Of a stretch of DNA of 64,000 nucleotides, positions 55,965 through 64,000 are shown piece after piece. The position numbers and the translations under genes are program-made. The DNA lies in contig DAHUYK010000128.1 in assembly GCA_027315245.1 (NCBI GenBank), positions 6,648 through 70,647 on the forward strand, given 5' to 3'. The notes beneath the pieces are model-generated. The model saw only the letters and a list, made by a program, of their open reading frames with translations, was not told where the DNA came from and ran no database searches. This DNA is from Vulcanimicrobiota bacterium (GTDB lineage Bacteria; Vulcanimicrobiota; Vulcanimicrobiia; Vulcanimicrobiales; Vulcanimicrobiaceae). Position 1 is the stretch's first letter, and every line of letters starts with the position of its first letter.

Positions 55965-57076
55965 TCCTCGCCGTTCCGCGCGAGAGCGCTCCCAAAGAGC
56001 GGCGTGTTGCGCTCGTGCCCGAGAGCGTCTCGCGGCTCATCAAGCTCGGCGCCGCCGTTCACGTCGAACGCGGCGCGGGCGCACATGCATCCTTCCCCGA
56101 CGCCCTCTACGAGAAAGCTGGGGCAGCCATCGTCGACGACGATACGACGCTGGCACGCGACGCAGACGTGCTCTGCTGCGTCGGACGCCCGAGCGACGAA
56201 CTCGTCTCGCTGTTGCGCAAGGGTACGACCCTCGTCGGCTTCTTCAACCCGATCGGCGATCCGGCGTACCTCGAACGTCTCGCCGGGCGGGGCCTCACGG
56301 TCGTTGCGGTCGAGGCGATCCCGCGCATCACGCGCGCGCAGCCGATGGACGCGCTTTCGTCCCAAAGCAACATCGGCGGCTACAAGGCCGTGCTGCTCGC
56401 AGCGTCCTCTCTGCCGCGCTTCTTTCCGATGCTCACGACCGCTGCCGGAACGATACCGCCGGCAAAGGTCTTCGTCATCGGCGCGGGCGTCGCGGGGCTG
56501 CAAGCAATTGCGACGGCTCGCCGGCTCGGCGCAGTCGTCAGCGGATACGATGCGCGTACGGTCGTCAAAGAACAGGTCCAGTCGCTCGGCGCGACCTTCG
56601 TCGAGTTCGATGCCGGCGACGCCGAAGGCAGCGGCGGCTACGCGCGAGAGTTGACTGCCGAGCAGTTGGAAGCGCAACAGCGCGCGATGGCGCAGACGAT
56701 TGCAAAGAACGACGTCGTCATCACGACGGCCGCCGTTCCGGGACGGCCCGCTCCGCTCATCGTCACGCAAGAAGCCGTTCTGGGAATGCAGCCTGGCTCC
56801 GTCATCGTCGATCTTGCGTCCGAGACGGGCGGAAACTGCGCATTGACCAAGCGCGACGAAGTCGTCGTGAGCGAGAACGGCGTCACCATCGTCGGGACGA
56901 CGAACCTTCCCTCGACGATGCCGTACGATGCAAGCCGGCTCTACTCGCGCAATCTCTTCGCGTTGCTCTCCCCCTTCATCAAAGACGGCGTGCTGATGCT
57001 CGATCCGCAAGACGAGATCGTCAAAGGTGCGTGTGTCGTTCGCAGCGGCCAGGTGCTCACAGGAGGCAAGGGTTGA
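55961..57076 (+). CDS. pntAA: NAD(P) transhydrogenase subunit alpha, part 1 (dI)
   Basis: 371 aa. Alanine-dehydrogenase/PNT fold, Rossmann motif VFVIGAGVAGLQAI. Confidence 0.92.
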   Translation: MILAVPRESAPKERRVALVPESVSRLIKLGAAVHVERGAGAHASFPDALYEKAGAAIVDDDTTLARDADVLCCVGRPSDELVSLLRKGTTLVGFFNPIGDPAYLERLAGRGLTVVAVEAIPRITRAQPMDALSSQSNIGGYKAVLLAASSLPRFFPMLTTAAGTIPPAKVFVIGAGVAGLQAIATARRLGAVVSGYDARTVVKEQVQSLGATFVEFDAGDAEGSGGYARELTAEQLEAQQRAMAQTIAKNDVVITTAAVPGRPAPLIVTQEAVLGMQPGSVIVDLASETGGNCALTKRDEVVVSENGVTIVGTTNLPSTMPYDASRLYSRNLFALLSPFIKDGVLMLDPQDEIVKGACVVRSGQVLTGGKG

Positions 57077-57387
57077 CAGACGCCACTCATCTCGTCCAGC
57101 TCCTCACGGTGCTCGTCCTCGCGGTCTTCGTCGGATTCGAGGTGATCTCGAAGGTCCCAACGACACTGCACACGCCGCTGATGTCGGCGACGAACGCCAT
57201 TCACGGCATCGTGCTCGTCGGTGCGATCGTCGTCGTCGCGGCGCTCTTCGGCTCGCCCGTCCACGGGCCCGCGCTGACGGCGCTCGCGATCGTCGCGGTT
57301 GCGTTCGGGTCGATCAACGTCTTCGGCGGCTTCGCGGTCACCGAACGCATGCTGCAAATGTTCAAGCGCAAGAGCGGGCCGCGATGA
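57073..57387 (+). CDS. pntAB: NAD(P) transhydrogenase subunit alpha, part 2 (membrane dII-a)
   Basis: 104 aa from the TTG at 57073 (TTGA overlap with the pntAA stop, AGGAGG 7 nt upstream). Three TM helices ending GGFAVTERMLQMFKRK. Only this tail of the 509-aa track ORF is real. Confidence 0.85.
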   Translation: MTDATHLVQLLTVLVLAVFVGFEVISKVPTTLHTPLMSATNAIHGIVLVGAIVVVAALFGSPVHGPALTALAIVAVAFGSINVFGGFAVTERMLQMFKRKSGPR

Positions 57388-58784
57388 GCGGCGCCGCACT
57401 CACCTTTGCCTTGCTCGATCTCGTTGCCGTCGCGCTCTTCATCATCGGCTTGCATTACCTCAACGCGCCACCCACGGCGCGGTTCGGCAATCGCCTCGCC
57501 ATGCTCGGCATGCTCGTCGCACTCGTCGTCGTGCTCGTCGGCTCGCTGAACGTCGGGTGGTGGGCGATTGCAGTCGGAATGGTCGTTGGCGCGTTCATCG
57601 GCATCGTGGCCGCGCTCAGAGTGAAGATGACCGCGATGCCGCAGATGGTGGCGCTCTATAACGGCGCCGGCGGCGGCGCCGCGGCCCTCGTCTCCACGGT
57701 GGAGCTCGCGGTCGCGCGCAGCCACGGCGGGGCGCTCGATCCCGTCGTCGCGGTGTCGCTCGCCCTCTCCGCGACGATCGGCGCTGTCAGCTTCGCGGGG
57801 TCGCTCGTTGCGTTCGCAAAGCTGCAGGAACTCATGACCGGCAGGCCCGTTACGTATGCCGGACAGCAGCTCGTCAACGGCATCGTCGCGATCGCCGTCG
57901 CGCTGCTCCTCGCGTTCTTCGTCGCGCGTTTGGGCATCGCACCGGCGTGGGTCTATCCAGGACTCGTCGCGGCGGCGTTGCTTTTCGGGGTGCTCTTCGT
58001 CTTGCCGATCGGCGGCGCCGACATGCCCGTCGTGATTTCGCTCCTCAACTCGGCGACCGGCGTTGCGGTCGCGATCGCGGGATTCGAACTGTCGAGCACG
58101 CTCCTCATCACCGGAGGCGCGCTCGTCGGGGCGAGCGGAACCATTCTCACCGTTGCGATGAGCAAGGCGATGAATCGTCCTCTGACCAACGTGCTCTTCG
58201 GCGCGTTCGGAGCGGCGGGAGGCGCTGAGCCGGCGGCGGGCGCGAAACCGCAGAACGTGCGCAGCGTCTCCGTCGACGATGTGGCGGCGATGCTTGCATA
58301 CGCATCCAAGGTCATGATCGTTCCGGGCTACGGCATGGCGGTCGCGCAGGCGCAGCACAGCGTCAAGGCGCTCGCGGATCAACTCGAAAAGCGCGACGTC
58401 AAAGTGCTGTACGCCATTCATCCCGTGGCCGGGCGCATGCCGGGTCATATGAACGTCTTGCTCGCGGAGTCGAACGTGCCGTACGAAGCGCTGCTCGATC
58501 TCGACGACGCGAACGCCGAGTTTTCGACGACGGACGTTGCGCTCGTCATCGGCGCGAACGACGTCACGAACCCCGCGGCGCGTACGGTGAAGAGCTCGCC
58601 GATCTACGGCATGCCGATTCTCGACGTCGACAGAGCCGCAAACGTCGTCGTACTCAAGCGCTCGATGCGCTCCGGCTTCGCGGGCATCGAGAATCCGCTC
58701 TACGAACTCGCGAACTGCTCGCTGCTCTTCGGCGACGCGAAGGCGTCCGTCGACGCGCTCGTCGCCGCCGTCAAAATACTATAG
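57384..58784 (+). CDS. pntB: NAD(P) transhydrogenase subunit beta
   Basis: 466 aa from the ATG at 57384 (ATGA overlap). Membrane domain plus the dIII NADP(H)-binding domain (VPGYGMAVAQAQ; IGANDVTNPAA). Confidence 0.93.
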   Translation: MSGAALTFALLDLVAVALFIIGLHYLNAPPTARFGNRLAMLGMLVALVVVLVGSLNVGWWAIAVGMVVGAFIGIVAALRVKMTAMPQMVALYNGAGGGAAALVSTVELAVARSHGGALDPVVAVSLALSATIGAVSFAGSLVAFAKLQELMTGRPVTYAGQQLVNGIVAIAVALLLAFFVARLGIAPAWVYPGLVAAALLFGVLFVLPIGGADMPVVISLLNSATGVAVAIAGFELSSTLLITGGALVGASGTILTVAMSKAMNRPLTNVLFGAFGAAGGAEPAAGAKPQNVRSVSVDDVAAMLAYASKVMIVPGYGMAVAQAQHSVKALADQLEKRDVKVLYAIHPVAGRMPGHMNVLLAESNVPYEALLDLDDANAEFSTTDVALVIGANDVTNPAARTVKSSPIYGMPILDVDRAANVVVLKRSMRSGFAGIENPLYELANCSLLFGDAKASVDALVAAVKIL

Positions 58785-58823
58785 CGTAGGGGCCGGCGGC
58801 GTTGTGCCTAATGCGCTTGCGGC

Positions 58824-60896
58824 GTGCAGAGCCTCGTCCACTCCGCGAAGAGCGCATTCCGCCTCGACTTTTCAAACGTCGAGCGCGGCTTCGCACTGCG
58901 GTGCTCGATCGGCATTGCGATCCCGCTCGTCGCCGCCGTTGCGCTAGGTAAGCCGCAGCTCGGCGTCTCTGCCGCACTCGGAGCGCTCTCTACCGGCTTC
59001 GCATCGCTGCAGGGCGTCTATCGCACGCGCGCCGCCGCGATGCTCGCAACCGCGTGCGGCATGTCGCTCTCGATGCTCGCCGGGGGCTACGCAGTACACG
59101 CGACGCTCGCGATCGTCGCCGCAGCGGCGCTCTGGGGATATGCATACGGCCTGCTCTCCAGTCTCGGCAACGCAGCGGCAGCGGTCGGATTGAACTCGGT
59201 CGTCGCACTCGTCATTGCGGATGCCTTTGCGGGCACGTCTATCTCGGGTGTTCCCTTGCAGGCGCTCCTCGTGCTGGCTGGCGGCCTCGAGCAGACGCTT
59301 CTGCTCGTCGTCCTCTGGCCGATACGCAGATACGCTGCCGAGCGGCACGCCCTCGGTGACGCGTACCGCGCGCTCGGAGGCTTCGCACGCGAGATATGCG
59401 CCATTGCGGTAGCGGCTCCTCACCCGGGCGCGATCGCCGGCGCGCTCACGACGCTCGCCGATCCAGCGCCCTTCGCTCGACGCGGTGACATCGCGGCGTT
59501 TCAAGCACTACTCGACGAAGCGGAGCGCATTCGAGCCGGCCTCGGCGCACTCGTCACCGAGCGGTACCGATACGAGCGACGCAATGATGTAGCTCGCGTG
59601 CACTCCGTCCGCGCATTCGGCGAAGGCGTCGCACCGGCACTCGACGAGCTGGCAAACGCCCTGCACGAAGCGCGCGCGCCGGTCGTCGACGAGCGGCTGT
59701 GGGTCGCGGTCGAGCGTGACGCTGTGGCGCTCGACGCGCCCGCGCAGGCACTGCTCGGCCAACTGCGCACCGCATTCCGCCTCGCGTCTGCCCCCGCGAG
59801 CGAACGAGGCGCGGGGTTGCCGCCCGTGCGCCGGCGTACGACCTTCCCGCCCGTCGCACAGCACTGGCTAACGCTGCGCTCGAATCTCTCGCTGGCTTCT
59901 CCGTATGGGCGACACGCTGCACGACTCGCATTCGCGCTCGGGGCGGCGATGCTGCTGGCTCGGAGCGGCCCCTTCGGCCGAGGTTACTGGATTCCGATGA
60001 CCGTCGCGCTCGTGCTTCGGCCCGACTTCCGCACGACGTTCACGCGCGGCATTGCGCGCATCGCAGGAACGCTCTTCGGCGCCGTGCTTGCAACGGCGAT
60101 CGTCGCGTCGGTGCCGGCCTCAATGCACGTGGATGCCGCTCTCGCGGTCGCATTCGCCGCTCTCGGCTACTTCGTCTTCGGCCTAAACTACGCGGCCTAC
60201 TCGGCAACGGTCACCGCGTACGTCGTCTTCCTTCTCGCGCTCGCCGGCAGCGTGCCGGAGCACGCAGCCGTGCTGCAGCGCACGCTCGCGACGCTCGCGG
60301 GCGCAGGACTGGCAGCCGCCGTATACGTCGCTTGGCCGACGTGGGAGTCGACGCGTGCGCGCACGATGCTCGCCGCGCAGCTCTGCGCATACCACCGTTA
60401 CGCGCAGGCTATCTTCGTGAGTTATATCGAGCCGTCGAAGGCGAGCGGCGTACACATGCACCAACTGCAGCGCGCTGCCTGGCAGGCGCGCAGCATGGCG
60501 GAGGCGTCGATCGACACGATGATCGCAGAACCCAAGCGCAGACGCGCCATCGAAACTCGCATCGCGCTCGGCGTTCTCGCTGCCATGCAGCGGATCGGCG
60601 TCGCGCTGCTCGCGCTGGGCGCACAGGCTGCACGTGTGCATCCGCACCCGGAGATCGCGACATTCGAACAGGGTTTGGATCGCGCATGGGACCACTGCAT
60701 CGCACTGCTGCACGGCGACATACCGGCGGAGCCGATGCCGCCGCTGCGCGAACTCTATCGCGACCTGGAGCAGCGCCTGGGCGGCAAGGCAGAAGATGCT
60801 GAGGCGGAAATCATTTTCGCCGAATCGGATCTCATCGTCGACGGGCTCAACACGATCGCGGCACTGCTGGCTGCGCAGCGCCCATCCCAAACGTAA
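58824..60896 (+). CDS. FUSC / YccS-YhfK family integral membrane protein
   Basis: 690 aa. Two hydrophobic multi-helix blocks separated by a long cytoplasmic helical region, as in fusaric-acid-resistance-like/YccS proteins. GTG start. Confidence 0.65.
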   Translation: MQSLVHSAKSAFRLDFSNVERGFALRCSIGIAIPLVAAVALGKPQLGVSAALGALSTGFASLQGVYRTRAAAMLATACGMSLSMLAGGYAVHATLAIVAAAALWGYAYGLLSSLGNAAAAVGLNSVVALVIADAFAGTSISGVPLQALLVLAGGLEQTLLLVVLWPIRRYAAERHALGDAYRALGGFAREICAIAVAAPHPGAIAGALTTLADPAPFARRGDIAAFQALLDEAERIRAGLGALVTERYRYERRNDVARVHSVRAFGEGVAPALDELANALHEARAPVVDERLWVAVERDAVALDAPAQALLGQLRTAFRLASAPASERGAGLPPVRRRTTFPPVAQHWLTLRSNLSLASPYGRHAARLAFALGAAMLLARSGPFGRGYWIPMTVALVLRPDFRTTFTRGIARIAGTLFGAVLATAIVASVPASMHVDAALAVAFAALGYFVFGLNYAAYSATVTAYVVFLLALAGSVPEHAAVLQRTLATLAGAGLAAAVYVAWPTWESTRARTMLAAQLCAYHRYAQAIFVSYIEPSKASGVHMHQLQRAAWQARSMAEASIDTMIAEPKRRRAIETRIALGVLAAMQRIGVALLALGAQAARVHPHPEIATFEQGLDRAWDHCIALLHGDIPAEPMPPLRELYRDLEQRLGGKAEDAEAEIIFAESDLIVDGLNTIAALLAAQRPSQT

Positions 60897-62967
60897 CGCG
60901 CACGGAGGTTCCGTCGTTCTCGCGCTTGATCTCCACGTCGTCCGCGAGTGACTCGATGATGCGCAATCCTCGCCCACGGTCCTCGTGCGGCGCCCGGTCG
61001 CTCCAGCGTCCGAGGTCGGCGATGGAGACGACGAGGCGGCCTTCGGTGTTATGCGCGCGAATCCGCACGGTTCCATTACGTCCGCCGTATGCGTGCTCGA
61101 TCGCGTTGTTGAGCGCTTCGCACGAGGCGAGCACGAGATCGGCCGTACGCTCTTCGGAAAGATTCCACGCGCGGGCGAAACGCAGCAGCGCGCGGCGCCC
61201 GATCTCCGAGCGGCTCGCAAGCGCCGGGAGCGTCATGTCGATCTCGCGCACCGGTTCGAAACAAAGAGCGAGCAGGGCAGCATCGTCGATGTGCGGGCTC
61301 CCTCCGGCAACGTCGCGCGCGAGCTTCCTAGCGTCGAGCGCCGCGCAATCGTTACCGATCTTCCGCAGTTCCTCGCGCAGCAGATTCGTGCCGGCGATGA
61401 CGTCGCGCGCGTATTCGACGATACCGTCCGTGTAAAGTACAAGCACGCCTCGTTCGGGCAACTGCATACGTTCGTTCGCGAACGCTGCGTGTTCGAAGAC
61501 GCCCAGGGCGATACCAACCCCGTCGATCGTCACAGGCTCGCCGCCCCGTACGAGGAACGGCGGCGGATGGCCGGCCGTTGCCCATTCCAGCGTCATCGCC
61601 ACGGTATCGATGACACCGACGAATGCAGTCGCCAGCTCGGGGTCGCCGCCGTAAACGACGTCGTTCGCCAGCGCTAGCGCCTTTGCCGGCGTCGCGCCGT
61701 CGAAAAGCGCCGCCCGTATCGTGTGTCGCAGGCGCCCCATCATCGCTGCCGCCGTAATCCCGTGCCCCGCCACGTCACCGATCGCGATCGCGAGCCGGCC
61801 ATCGTACAACTCGAAAGCATCGTACCAGTCGCCGCCGACACGCATCTCGTCCTGGCAGGGAAAGTACGCGGCGTCGATGCGCAAGCCGCACCGCTGCGGC
61901 AACGCATGCGGCAGAAGCTGCGATTGCAGCGTCGTTGCTATACGCCGTTCGTTGCTGTAGAGGCAGGCGTTGTCGAGCGCAACGCTGACGCGTTCGCCGA
62001 AATCCTCGATGAGATCCCGGTCGCGACGCTCGAGATGCTCGCGGAGCGCGATGACCAACCTGCCCAAGGTGCCGCTGCGCGCGCGCAGCTCGACGGCGGC
62101 GTACTGCCGGTCGTCGATGGTGGCGATCGTGGGGCCGCCTTTAATGGCCGTATCTTCGCCGAGCGTCGCGTTTTCGCCGACCAGCCGCTCGAGATCTTCG
62201 TCCGTCGTCGCATCCGTCGGTTCTCGCATCACGATCGTGTCGTCGAGGTGCCGGAACTGCAGCGCCGCGGCATCTCCGAACTGAGCGGTGGCGAGCTGGC
62301 AGGCAATGAGCGCGACCTCCTTGGGATCGAACGAGCGGTAGAGCGCGCGACCGGCGTCTGAGAGAAAGCGTAGCCGTTGCGTCGCCGATTCGGCGGCGTT
62401 ACGCTCCACGACCTCGTCGTGGATGTCGGTAACGAGAATGATCCATTTGATGACGACATGGTCGCGCAGCAAGGGCTCCGCCGAGAAGCGCTGCCATCGA
62501 TACCCGTCGGGATGCCGCCGCAGGCGAGCGTGGAGCGTAAACGCTGAGCGCTCGGCGATGCCGCGCCGCCACTGTTCGAGAAACGACGCGCTGTCGTCGG
62601 CCTCGAGCGCGGCGGTAATGCTCGCGAGCGACGGGAAGCGCTTATCCCCCGTGTACTGCTTCCATTGCTTGTTGTAGTAGTCGATGCGTCCGTCGGGACG
62701 CGCCGTCAGCACGATGCCGGGCAGAACGGAGAAGAGATCGGACCACGGCGTCCGTTCGCCGGCGAGTTCGGCATAGAGCCGTGGTATATCCGCGACCGAG
62801 AAGGCGCCGGCGATCACTGCGTCGCTCGGTCCTTCGAGCGACGGAATGGGCAGCGCGAGCAGCGAGGCATTCGCGAGTTCCAAGGTCAAGAGCTTGCGCG
62901 AGGTACGCGCCTCTTCGGCAACGCCGCGAAGCGTCGCGTAGAGATCACCCTTCGTGCAGGACGCCAA
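60847..62967 (-). CDS. PAS-GAF-PP2C (SpoIIE/RsbU-type) phosphatase fused to an RsbW-like HATPase anti-sigma kinase domain
   Basis: 706 aa. PAS-like segment (ARPDGRIDYYNKQWKQYTG...HPDGYRWQ). PP2C core (TLQSQLLP...GGDWYDAF...AIGDVAGHGITAAAMMG...TDGIVE). C-terminal HATPase_c_2-like domain (ALNNAIEHAY...GRGLRIIESLADDVEI). The TTG start is uncertain. Confidence 0.8.
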   Translation of the reverse strand: MASCTKGDLYATLRGVAEEARTSRKLLTLELANASLLALPIPSLEGPSDAVIAGAFSVADIPRLYAELAGERTPWSDLFSVLPGIVLTARPDGRIDYYNKQWKQYTGDKRFPSLASITAALEADDSASFLEQWRRGIAERSAFTLHARLRRHPDGYRWQRFSAEPLLRDHVVIKWIILVTDIHDEVVERNAAESATQRLRFLSDAGRALYRSFDPKEVALIACQLATAQFGDAAALQFRHLDDTIVMREPTDATTDEDLERLVGENATLGEDTAIKGGPTIATIDDRQYAAVELRARSGTLGRLVIALREHLERRDRDLIEDFGERVSVALDNACLYSNERRIATTLQSQLLPHALPQRCGLRIDAAYFPCQDEMRVGGDWYDAFELYDGRLAIAIGDVAGHGITAAAMMGRLRHTIRAALFDGATPAKALALANDVVYGGDPELATAFVGVIDTVAMTLEWATAGHPPPFLVRGGEPVTIDGVGIALGVFEHAAFANERMQLPERGVLVLYTDGIVEYARDVIAGTNLLREELRKIGNDCAALDARKLARDVAGGSPHIDDAALLALCFEPVREIDMTLPALASRSEIGRRALLRFARAWNLSEERTADLVLASCEALNNAIEHAYGGRNGTVRIRAHNTEGRLVVSIADLGRWSDRAPHEDRGRGLRIIESLADDVEIKRENDGTSVRVTFGMGAAQPAVPRSC

Positions 62968-63123
62968 CTGCCTTCCGGCGGCGTTGGCGTATACCTGATT
63001 GCTCCAGACGCCGAAGGCCGGGCATTGCGCCTTGTCGATCGTGACGAGCAGTCGTGAGAGCGTCGGTCTACCCCTTTTTGTCAGGCTCGGGGAGTCTGCA
63101 TTACGGCAGTCTTGCGGCCGGTC

Positions 63124-64000
63124 CTATCGCTTTTCCCCATTCCGAAGCGTCACGAGCCAGCGTGTGATCCCTCGCATGGTTACGGCTCGGATACTTGCCT
63201 CGAACTCCCTCGTATCCCCGCCGTCAGCTTTCGACGTGGCCTTGAGCGCGCCGCTCTTCAGCTTTGCTTTCGGCAGCTCGCTGAGAGAGAGCGATCGCCC
63301 CTGCGCGCCGAGACGCAGGCTGGGGAGGTGTCGTTCCGCTGCGGCGTTGCCGAAGAGGACGACGCCATCCTCTGAGACGAGCACGACCGGCTCTCCGACT
63401 TCGTCGAGTGCCGCGCGAAATGTGTCGCGCTCTTGCTCGGAATCGAGCAGCGCCGTCTCTCGCGCCTTGCTCACCGACTCCAAGCTCCGTCCGCGCGCTT
63501 CGAGTTCGTCGTTCGTCGTGTTGAGCTCTTCGACCGTTGCTTGCAGCTCTTCGTTGAGCGTCTCCAGCTCTTCGTTCGTCGCCTGCATCTCCTCGTTGAG
63601 CGTCTCGATCTCTTCCGTCGACGAGGCGGATTCCTCGAGGCTGACGAGCAGCTGCTCGTTCGCACTGCGCAACTCGAGGTTCCCCGACGTGAGCTCATCG
63701 TTTGCCTCGAGGAGCAGTCGTTGGCGCTGCGCCAGCTCCTCGCCGCGCGCACGGGTCGTCGAGAGTTCCGCGCTGCGCTGTGCTGCCTGCTGCTCGAGTT
63801 CGCGCCGGGATGCCGCCATGGAGGTGACGTCGACGAGAATCAAGACGACGGCTTGGGCGCGGGAACCCGACGACTTATCGGTATAGGCCGAGACGCGTAG
63901 GTAGCGGTCGCCGTCTCCCGTACCACCGTTCACCGTGATCTCGCGCGTGACTTCTCCGTCTTCGCCGCGGAGGACCGTGTCGATGAGTTCGCGTAACGCG
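63124..64000 (-). CDS. C-terminal part of a CheR/CheB-type chemosensory-like fusion protein (PAS, heptad coiled coil, PAS-like); 5' end outside the window
   Basis: The reading frame stays open to position 64000. It carries the diagnostic coiled coil EEIETLNEEMQATNEELETLNEELQATVEELNTTNDELE found in CheB/CheR-PAS fusion proteins. No kinase domain follows. Confidence 0.65.
   Translation of the reverse strand, partial: ALRELIDTVLRGEDGEVTREITVNGGTGDGDRYLRVSAYTDKSSGSRAQAVVLILVDVTSMAASRRELEQQAAQRSAELSTTRARGEELAQRQRLLLEANDELTSGNLELRSANEQLLVSLEESASSTEEIETLNEEMQATNEELETLNEELQATVEELNTTNDELEARGRSLESVSKARETALLDSEQERDTFRAALDEVGEPVVLVSEDGVVLFGNAAAERHLPSLRLGAQGRSLSLSELPKAKLKSGALKATSKADGGDTREFEASIRAVTMRGITRWLVTLRNGEKR

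Noticed and set aside
55858-57072. First ~405 codons of the 509-aa ORF 55858-57387
   Set aside because: This is an alternate frame over pntAA (Arg-rich nonsense). Only the last 104 codons, from the TTG at 57073 preceded by AGGAGG, form the membrane subunit PntAB.

Overview
High-GC, densely coding bacterial chromosomal segment with about 65 protein genes. By eye I found no rRNA, tRNA, CRISPR array, transposase or integrase. Most of it is housekeeping: pheS-pheT, cvpA, an hsp20-lon heat-shock pair, an APC permease, korAB, groES-groEL with a CIRCE operator, alr, hisB-hisH-hisA, coaE-rpsA, a fpg-DUF192-polA chain, pntAA-pntAB-pntB, a FUSC-family membrane protein, a PAS-GAF-PP2C-RsbW-like fusion, and a CheR-type coiled-coil/PAS protein cut by the window end. 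A tightly overlapping dcw cell-wall operon runs on the minus strand from mraZ (about 35.4 kb) to ddl (20.6 kb). An envelope block (SLT lytic transglycosylase, LptF/G permease, LptD/OstA-like protein, Lnt, LptC-like protein) implies a diderm envelope. The most unusual item is a CofE/F420-gamma-glutamyl-ligase-like gene (28426-29136). It sits between murF and mraY with 4-nt start/stop overlaps on both sides, so it looks like an extra amide-ligase-type component of the peptidoglycan-precursor operon. Other points of interest: (1) a visibly lower-GC single-gene Fic (AMPylase) islet transcribed divergently from the CIRCE-controlled groESL promoter; (2) a lower-GC islet of secreted proteins and lipoproteins (35.7-38.4 kb) containing a decayed S53-peptidase remnant and an internally duplicated secreted protein; (3) a recognisable mraZ promoter with three 10-bp-phased GTGG boxes; (4) a tandem KGG stress-protein pair behind a sigma-B-like promoter; (5) a 31-bp-phased repeat cluster. 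Many long Arg-rich ORFs in the track are alternate-frame or antisense shadows typical of high-GC DNA and were rejected. All functional calls come from motif recognition by eye; no database search was run.
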